Source: an uncultured bacterium
GTDB taxonomy: Bacteria; Actinomycetota; Acidimicrobiia; Acidimicrobiales; SHLQ01
Direction of reading: 5' to 3'
NCBI GenBank assembly: GCA_965524675.1
Contig: CBERPN010000002.1
Span: 1-50,700 of the forward strand
DNA: 50,700 nt
The position numbers and the translations under genes are program-made. Positions 44,670-50,700 of the stretch are shown piece by piece. Under the pieces are notes generated by a model. The model was not told where the DNA came from. It was given only the letters and a program-made list of their open reading frames with translations, and searched no databases. Every line of letters begins with the position of its first letter. The stretch's first letter is position 1.

Positions 44670-45797
44670 TTGAACCCTATTCCTCAGCTTGAGGACCTCG
44701 GCGACCTTACCGGTCGCCGAGTCCTCGTGCGGACCGATTTCAATGTCCCGCTCGACGGCGGGGCAATTGTCGACGATCTGCGTATCAAGGCCGCGCTTCC
44801 CACCATTAAGTGGCTAGTCGATAAAGGCGCTCTGGTGACCTGTGCGTCGCATCTGGGCCGTCCCAAAGGTGCACCCGATCCGGCGTTCTCTATGGAGCCG
44901 GTGCGTGACCTGCTTAGCAAACTCGCCCCCGGGGTAGAATTACTAGAGAATCTGAGATTCAACCCAGGTGAGACCAGCAACGATCCGGCCTTCGTGGCCG
45001 AACTGGTCGCTGGCTTCGATGCCTATGTGAACGACGCTTTCGGTGCATCGCATCGCTCGCATGCCTCGATCGTCGGGCCACCGAAGCATCTGCCGAGCGC
45101 CGCCGGCCGCCTGCTCGCCCGCGAGGTTGAGATTCTCGGTGGGTTGCGCTCCAACGCAAAGCGCCCGTTTATTGCAATCCTCGGCGGGGCGAAGGTAAGC
45201 GACAAGATCGGCGTTATCGAAGCGCTGCTCGATTCGGTCGACGCCATCATCATCGGCGGCGGGATGGCATACACGTTCTTGGCGGCGCAGGGCCACCATG
45301 TTGGATCCTCGCTGCTCGAGTCCGACATGATCGATACGGCCAAACGCTTGCTCGACAGCGACGCGACTATTCACGTTCCACACGACAACTCCGCGCTCGG
45401 GCCGGGTGGAAAGATTGGTGATCCGTCGGCCGGGGGAGAGGTTCGCCAAGTTGGCCTCGATATGCCCGATGGCTGGATGGCGCTCGACATCGGACCGGGC
45501 ACCGCTGCCGAGTACACCGACATTATTCTTGAGGCGCGGACCATCTTGTGGAACGGACCGATGGGCGTATTTGAAGATCCTAGGTTTGAAGCTGGCACGC
45601 GAACGGTGGCCCAGGCTGTTGCCGATTCGAGGGGATTCAGTGTGGTGGGTGGTGGCGATAGTGCCGCCGCAGTGAAACAATTCGGGCTCGACAAAGAAGT
45701 CGATCATGTTTCCACCGGTGGTGGCGCGTCTTTGGCGCTATTAGAAAAGGGCGACCTCCCGGGCCTTGCCGCATTAAGAACTGGCACTGTTAAGTGA
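44670..45797 (+). CDS. pgk: phosphoglycerate kinase
   Basis: RVLVRTDFNVPL...ASHLGRPKG...ENLRFNPGE...GGGDSAAA...STGGGASL. The start is TTG. Confidence 0.96.
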   Translation: MNPIPQLEDLGDLTGRRVLVRTDFNVPLDGGAIVDDLRIKAALPTIKWLVDKGALVTCASHLGRPKGAPDPAFSMEPVRDLLSKLAPGVELLENLRFNPGETSNDPAFVAELVAGFDAYVNDAFGASHRSHASIVGPPKHLPSAAGRLLAREVEILGGLRSNAKRPFIAILGGAKVSDKIGVIEALLDSVDAIIIGGGMAYTFLAAQGHHVGSSLLESDMIDTAKRLLDSDATIHVPHDNSALGPGGKIGDPSAGGEVRQVGLDMPDGWMALDIGPGTAAEYTDIILEARTILWNGPMGVFEDPRFEAGTRTVAQAVADSRGFSVVGGGDSAAAVKQFGLDKEVDHVSTGGGASLALLEKGDLPGLAALRTGTVK

Positions 45798-45825
45798 GTC
45801 AAGTGAGTCGATCGAGGAGAATTTG

Positions 45826-46605
45826 ATGGCCGAACGTAGAACGCTCATCTCGGGCAACTGGAAGATGCACAACAACCATTTGGAGGCCATCCAGTTGGTT
45901 CAGCAACTGTCCTACGCGATCACCAAAGACGACTACAAGGCCGTCGACGTTTCGATCCACCCACCCTTCACCGACCTGCGATCGGTGCAAACAATTCTCG
46001 ACGCCGACAAGATTCCGATCGCGTTGGGGGCTCAGCACTGCCACTGGGAAGAAAAGGGCGCATTTACTGGCGAGATCGCACCGTCGATGCTCGCCAAACT
46101 AAGGGTTAGCTACGTCATCGCCGGGCACTCCGAGCGCCGCCAGCTCTTTGGCGAGACCGATGAGATGGTCAACAACAAGGTGAAGGCCATCCTTAAGAAC
46201 GAGATGACACCGATCCTCGCCTGCGGGGAGACCCTTGAGGAACGCGAAGCTGGCGATGCCGTGGCGAAGGTGTCGAGCCAGGTGACAGGGGGTCTTGCTG
46301 GGGTGACGGCTGCTCAGGTTGGCGACATGGTCATCGCCTACGAACCAATATGGGCCATCGGCACGGGTGTCACCGCTAGTGCTGAAGACGCTCAGGAGAT
46401 GTGCAAGACCGTCCGTGACACCGTTCGCGGTCTTTACGACGATGCAACGGCTGACTCGGTTCGAATTCAATATGGTGGGTCGGTCAAGCCGGCCAACGCA
46501 GCCGAGTTGTTGAACCAGCCCGATATTGACGGGGCTCTAGTAGGTGGTGCCTGTTTGGCCGCCGATGACTTTCATCGCATTGTCGCTTTTCGAGAATCGA
46601 TCTAG
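45826..46605 (+). CDS. tpiA: triosephosphate isomerase
   Basis: SGNWKMH...AGHSERR...IAYEPIWAIGTG...YGGSV. ATG 45826 has GAGGAG 6 nt upstream; an in-frame TTG sits at 45823. Confidence 0.96.
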   Translation: MAERRTLISGNWKMHNNHLEAIQLVQQLSYAITKDDYKAVDVSIHPPFTDLRSVQTILDADKIPIALGAQHCHWEEKGAFTGEIAPSMLAKLRVSYVIAGHSERRQLFGETDEMVNNKVKAILKNEMTPILACGETLEEREAGDAVAKVSSQVTGGLAGVTAAQVGDMVIAYEPIWAIGTGVTASAEDAQEMCKTVRDTVRGLYDDATADSVRIQYGGSVKPANAAELLNQPDIDGALVGGACLAADDFHRIVAFRESI

Positions 46606-46660
46606 TGGCACTAGCCGGTCTGACACCCGATTGCGGAGTCACTTTGGCTAGGCTTATGTC

Positions 46661-46885
46661 GTGACCATTTTTCTCACGATTCTCCACGTCATTGTGTCGT
46701 TGACGCTGCTCGTGCTCGTGCTCCTGCATAGCGGTAAAGGAGGCGGCCTGTCCGACATGTTCGGAAGCGGCGGGGTTTCGGCTGCAGCGGGTTCGACCGC
46801 TGTCGAAAAGAACCTCGACCGCCTAACCATCATGGCAGCAGTAATCTTCGGTTTCACCACCGTCGCATTAGCCTTACTACTCTAG
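46661..46885 (+). CDS. secG: preprotein translocase subunit SecG
   Basis: 74 aa with two TM helices and LHSGKGGGLSDMFGSGG between them. The start is GTG. It sits in the conserved position after tpiA. Confidence 0.88.
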   Translation: MTIFLTILHVIVSLTLLVLVLLHSGKGGGLSDMFGSGGVSAAAGSTAVEKNLDRLTIMAAVIFGFTTVALALLL

Positions 46886-46896
46886 CCTCCCACCCC

Positions 46897-47007
46897 GAAA
46901 TTACTGACCGCAGCACCGCTAGGCGGTCTTTGCGACAGTAGTTTCGTCGACGCTACGCAAATTACTGCTCGCAGCACCGTTGAGCGGTCCTCTGCGCAGT
47001 AGTTTCG
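46897..47007 (+). repeat. two tandem ~50-nt hairpin units (61-nt period) downstream of secG
   Basis: Unit 1 (46897-46946) is gAAATTACTGaccgcagCACCGCtagGCGGTctttgcgaCAGTAGTTTcg. Unit 2 (46958-47007) has the same outline with substitutions. Each folds into a long imperfect stem-loop. Confidence 0.75.
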
Positions 47008-47069
47008 GGACGGTTCGCGCGATAGGCCGAATGGCCTGAACAAAACGGCGGCTCTGCCGATGAATCAGA

Positions 47070-48605
47070 GTGCGTCCGATCACTATGGCTGTGACCCTCG
47101 TTCTCGTATTGTCGAGTTGCTCGTTGCTTGATGGCAGCGACACTGCAGGGCGACCGGAAACGTCAAGTGACGGTTTGGCCTTTTCCGAAACTGTCGCTAC
47201 CAGCACCGTGCCTCTAGCGCTGCGGGATCGCGGGGGAGTACTTCGAATCGGAGTCGTCGGATCTACTTGGGACGATCCCGCTGCGATCGACGAAACTCTT
47301 CCGGGCGAACAACTGCTTGCCGACCTCATCTTTGATGGTCTGACCTGGATCGACGAACGCGGCAACGCGGCGCCAGCCTTGGCTAGTTCTTGGACTATCA
47401 GCCCCGACGGGCTGCTCTGGACGTTCGCTCTCGACGAGGGAGCAACCTTCAGCGATGGCTCAACGATCGAGGCCGAAGACGTGAAGCACTCCCTCGAAAG
47501 AGTGTTGGCACGCGGCGCCGAATCGCTAGCCGGTTACCGGCTCCGAAAGATTGCCGAGATCGACTCGAGCGATCCGGCCGTGATCGCAATTCGTCTCGAG
47601 CAACCGTTCGCTCCACTTGCCGAGCTTCTAGCGGCACCAATATTTGGGATAGTTCCTGTCGAGGCGACTGACGGGGTGGTGACGAGCAGCCAACAACTCG
47701 CGGTGACCAAAGTTGACGGGCAGGTAATCGAGCTGAAGCCGTCAGCTGAGGCGACTGCTTATATCGATGCCGTCACGGTGCAACGGTTTGAATCGGATCG
47801 AGCTGCGGTGGTTGGCTTTGATTCCGGAGTTCTCGATGTTGCCCCAGCGGCATCCGGATCAACTGCCCGCGGCCGATTGGTGTCGGGAGTCGACACCACA
47901 ATGTTTCTGATGAACTTGGGAGATCAATCTTTCGCCGATGCATCGGTAAGGCGAGCGATCATACTGGCGATCGATCCGTCATTCGTTGCTGCCGGAGTTG
48001 CTAGGCCCACAACCGTTAGTAGCGGTCTACTGCCGGTTGAGATCGGTGGCGCGGATTCGTGTGGTGGTTGTGGATACTCTCCTGATGTAGCCCTGTCGCT
48101 GCTCGCCGAACTGCCGGATGGTTCTGCAGCACCGGTCTTTGTTGATCACTTGAGCGATGCCGAGTCTGCGGCGATGGCAGCAGCGATAGTCAGCGATCTT
48201 GAGTTTGTTGGCTTTGACGCTCGCTCAAGGAGTCATAGCCCAACCGCGTTTGCTGCGAAGCTTGCAGCTGGTGAGCTGGGGCTCTTCCAGTTTGGTTTGG
48301 TTGGAAGTTGGCTATCGCCAGAGGCGTATCTTGGAGACCTGTTCGAGACGAACGGTGTCGACAATGTGGCATCGTTCTCCGACCCACAAGTGGATCGTTT
48401 GCTCGCCCAAGCGCGCTCAGAACCCGATGCCGACAAGCGATTGTCGCTGTATTCCAGTGTTGAGCAGCGCCTCATCGCACTTGCCGTCGCGGTTCCGCTT
48501 TATCAGACCGACTTTGAAGTGAGTGTCAGCGACCGGATCAGAGGCTTTCGGCCGTACCCTCTTGGAGCATTCGATCTAACCGAAGTCTGGCTGAAGGCGG
48601 ATTAA
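47070..48605 (+). CDS. ABC-transporter family 5 (peptide/nickel-type) substrate-binding lipoprotein, orphan
   Basis: The lipobox is LVLSSC. The SBP_bac_5 pattern is PALASSWTISPDGLLWTFALDEGATFSDGSTIEAEDV. No permease or ATPase gene is adjacent. Confidence 0.8.
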   Translation: MRPITMAVTLVLVLSSCSLLDGSDTAGRPETSSDGLAFSETVATSTVPLALRDRGGVLRIGVVGSTWDDPAAIDETLPGEQLLADLIFDGLTWIDERGNAAPALASSWTISPDGLLWTFALDEGATFSDGSTIEAEDVKHSLERVLARGAESLAGYRLRKIAEIDSSDPAVIAIRLEQPFAPLAELLAAPIFGIVPVEATDGVVTSSQQLAVTKVDGQVIELKPSAEATAYIDAVTVQRFESDRAAVVGFDSGVLDVAPAASGSTARGRLVSGVDTTMFLMNLGDQSFADASVRRAIILAIDPSFVAAGVARPTTVSSGLLPVEIGGADSCGGCGYSPDVALSLLAELPDGSAAPVFVDHLSDAESAAMAAAIVSDLEFVGFDARSRSHSPTAFAAKLAAGELGLFQFGLVGSWLSPEAYLGDLFETNGVDNVASFSDPQVDRLLAQARSEPDADKRLSLYSSVEQRLIALAVAVPLYQTDFEVSVSDRIRGFRPYPLGAFDLTEVWLKAD

Positions 48606-48613
48606 CGAGACGC

Positions 48614-50323
48614 TCAGGCGGCGATTGGTGCGCTTTCGAGAGTCTCGATAACTGCAGGGATCTCTTCGATCGGCACAGGCGGTGAGAACAGGTAGCCCTG
48701 GCAATACTCACAGCCCAAGTCTTGCAAGGTCTTGAGTTGGTCTTCTGTCTCGACTCCGATCGCCATTGCGTCGAGCTCAAGTGCCCTGGCGGTTGAGACC
48801 ATTGCTCGTAGAGGTCCAAGGTCTGGGTTCTCGACCTCGAGCTCACGGCAGAAGTCGCGGTGCAATTTGAGCGCCCCGATATCGAGCGACCGGAGGCGGC
48901 GAATAGGTGTTGGGGCAACGCCAAAGTCATCGATAGTCACATTCACACCCATCTTGGCGATGGCGTTGAGCGCCGCATCTACAGAGTTGGAGTCCTGGTG
49001 CATCGAGCCTTCTGTCAACTCAAGGTTGAGACGATGCGGCTCAACGCCGGATGTCTTGATGGCGTCGGAAACCATGTGTAAGAACCGATGGTCGAGAACC
49101 TGGGTAGGTGAAACGTTGGTGCTCACGTGAAGTTGGTTGTAACCCTTTGCCTCGAGAAGCTTGAGGTCGGTGCAGGCTTGTTGGGTTACCCACGCGCCGA
49201 GTGGAATAATCATTCCACTGCGTTCGGCTGACTCGAGGAAATCTATTGGGCTGAGCAAGCCACGCTCGGGGTGACTCCAGCGGATTAGGGCCTCGATGGC
49301 GACTACCCGGCGGGTCTCGGTATGAACGATTGGCTGATAGTGGAGGCGAAGCTGGCCTTCTCGAACGGCCCGCTTGAGCATCGAGGAGGTTTGATCCGAG
49401 CCAGAGGCGAAGCTGGCGTCGTTGAACACATTTGAGTGCTCGCTGCGGCGTCGAGCCCTGTCGCAAGCCATGGCGGCACGATGCATCAGCGTTACCGCGT
49501 CACCAGCGACCTTCGACGGCCCAGTGGCTATGCCTACCACCGGCTCGACCATTATCTGTTGAGTGCCCAACTGATAGTTGCCAGTCAAGGTGGCGGCGTA
49601 GGTCTTGGCGTTCGACTCGCTTCGGGTGGTGTTGGAGACCTTTCGAGCGAATCCGACCACACCAGGTCTTAGTATCCCGGCCGTGTCGCCGGCGTTCAGT
49701 TCAGACTTCATACGCTCAGTTATTTGGGGCATGATCGCTTCGATCGCCCGCGGACCATAGGTCTGCACAGCCTTTTCAAGATTTAGGTCGACATGGATGA
49801 CCTCCAGGTGGTGCCGGTCGTCGACGCCGAAGGCGATTAGCTGAGTGAGGCGGTCGATGAAGAGCGTTTCCGACGCGAGGCCACTGGCCTCGTCGATCAG
49901 TCCAGCCTTGACGTTGCGATCATTGTCGCGCATCTCGGCGGTGATATCGGTGGCCCAAACAGCGATTGCGGGCCGCCCGGTGGGCGACTCGCTGACTAGT
50001 TCGCAGACAACTTTCATCCAAAGGGTGTCGCCGTTGCGAGAGATGATGCGAAACGGCATCTCTTGAGTAGGAGCATCGGGATGTTTGACCGCGTTCACGA
50101 ACATGCTCGAAGCTGTCTCGACATCATTGGGATGTAGGAGGTCAACGATTTTTTCGCCTTGAAGTTCGGTCAGCGTGTAGCCGGTCAGCTCGCTTAGCGC
50201 GCCGCCCATCCAGATGATGATGCCGCTCGGTTCGATTAGGCCGACGACGTTTGGGGCAGTGTTCAGCATGGCTGCAACTATGTTGCGCGCTTGCACATCG
50301 GGGTTCACCTGGCCGTCGCTCAT
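48614..50323 (-). CDS. PAS - degenerate GGDEF - EAL signalling protein (c-di-GMP phosphodiesterase-type)
   Basis: An N-terminal PAS-like fold is present. The GGDEF position reads RPGVVGF. EAL motifs are EALIRW, LELTE, IDDFG and GVETEDQ...QGYLF. The usual K-x-D after DDFG reads KLH. Confidence 0.85.
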   Translation of the reverse strand: MSDGQVNPDVQARNIVAAMLNTAPNVVGLIEPSGIIIWMGGALSELTGYTLTELQGEKIVDLLHPNDVETASSMFVNAVKHPDAPTQEMPFRIISRNGDTLWMKVVCELVSESPTGRPAIAVWATDITAEMRDNDRNVKAGLIDEASGLASETLFIDRLTQLIAFGVDDRHHLEVIHVDLNLEKAVQTYGPRAIEAIMPQITERMKSELNAGDTAGILRPGVVGFARKVSNTTRSESNAKTYAATLTGNYQLGTQQIMVEPVVGIATGPSKVAGDAVTLMHRAAMACDRARRRSEHSNVFNDASFASGSDQTSSMLKRAVREGQLRLHYQPIVHTETRRVVAIEALIRWSHPERGLLSPIDFLESAERSGMIIPLGAWVTQQACTDLKLLEAKGYNQLHVSTNVSPTQVLDHRFLHMVSDAIKTSGVEPHRLNLELTEGSMHQDSNSVDAALNAIAKMGVNVTIDDFGVAPTPIRRLRSLDIGALKLHRDFCRELEVENPDLGPLRAMVSTARALELDAMAIGVETEDQLKTLQDLGCEYCQGYLFSPPVPIEEIPAVIETLESAPIAA

Positions 50324-50444
50324 GAATATTTGATCGACGAAACAAATGCTTCGGTTGAGTAGGAATTCAAACTATTCCTGTATGGCCTGTCTGTGGGTTG
50401 TTTCCGATATAGTTACTGTCTTGCCAGGCGCACCTGGCAGCCAC

Positions 50445-50528
50445 GTCGGAGTGGCGGAATTGGCAGACGCGCTAGCTTGAGGGGCTAGTGCCCGCAAGGG
50501 CGTGGGGGTTCAAGTCCCCCCTCCGACA
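50445..50528 (+). tRNA. tRNA-Leu (anticodon GAG), class II with long variable arm; CCA not encoded
   Basis: The manual fold gives an acceptor stem GTCGGAG/CTCCGAC, an anticodon stem CTAGC/GCTAG with loop TTGAGGG, a variable arm GCCC-gcaa-GGGC, a T arm GGGGG-TTCAAGT-CCCCC and discriminator A. Confidence 0.92.
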
Positions 50529-50700
50529 CAAATCGTGTTTGCGCTGGTCAGAGCGTTTTGGCTCCTGGTGTGTCGGAGGTGGGACTTTCCGACGGAGCGG
50601 CGCTGTAAGGCTGTGACCTGGTGGTTTGCGGTATTGTGGGCCGTGGGGGCTGATGCCCCACGTCCTTTTCGAGGGCCCGCGTTTCCCCTGGTCAGGGGCC

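Noticed and set aside
45792-45809. Direct 9-nt duplication AAGTGAGTC AAGTGAGTC at the pgk stop codon.
   Set aside because: It is very short and likely a slippage duplication in the pgk-tpiA spacer. There is no indication of function beyond providing a second in-frame TGA.
46919-47365. 148-aa minus-strand ORF between secG and the substrate-binding protein gene.
   Set aside because: It overlaps the hairpin repeats and the 5' part of the SBP gene on the opposite strand. The translation is Ser/Arg/Pro-rich with no motifs.
48603-48616. Convergent SBP and EAL genes separated by only 8 nt, considered as a possible gene fusion or mis-assembly.
   Set aside because: Both ORFs end with normal C-termini on opposite strands. 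Tight convergent packing is common and there is no evidence of truncation.

Overview
High-GC, Actinomycetota-like chromosomal segment. No finer taxonomic call is possible from the sequence alone. The backbone is conserved housekeeping: polA, coaE, rpsA, uvrB, uvrA, uvrC, rapZ, gap-pgk-tpiA-secG and tRNA-Leu(GAG). Three accessory blocks interrupt it. (i) 6.1-19.1 kb holds a GAF sensor kinase with a LuxR/NarL regulator, an Flp prepilin gene, an arylamine N-acetyltransferase (NAT) gene tightly bracketed by inverted copies of a non-coding repeat, and a six-gene Tad/Flp-pilus operon on the minus strand. That operon contains a vWA-TadB fusion and ends in a large polytopic, possibly GT-C-like, membrane protein. 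(ii) 20.9-28.9 kb holds a biotinyl-domain/carboxyltransferase fusion, a secreted septum-formation-domain protein and two more large polytopic membrane proteins flanking uvrB. (iii) 31.9-39.7 kb holds a seven-gene, translationally coupled glycan operon between uvrA and uvrC: priming sugar transferase, alkaline-phosphatase-like protein, methyltransferase, Wzx-like flippase and three GT2 genes. The most unusual non-genic signal is a mosaic, hairpin-bearing interspersed repeat family at four loci (1.5, 9.4, 10.4 and 31.9 kb) with no transposase in the window. Other oddities are a Lys/Ala/Pro-rich histone-like tail on GAPDH, an acidic repeat tail with a 27-bp tandem repeat on ribosomal protein S1, a LexA box before uvrA, and a RecA-NDp-like promoter placed for a leaderless uvrB. 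I saw no CRISPR array, rRNA, prophage, integrase or IS transposase. All functional calls come from reading motifs in the supplied translations; no database search was possible.
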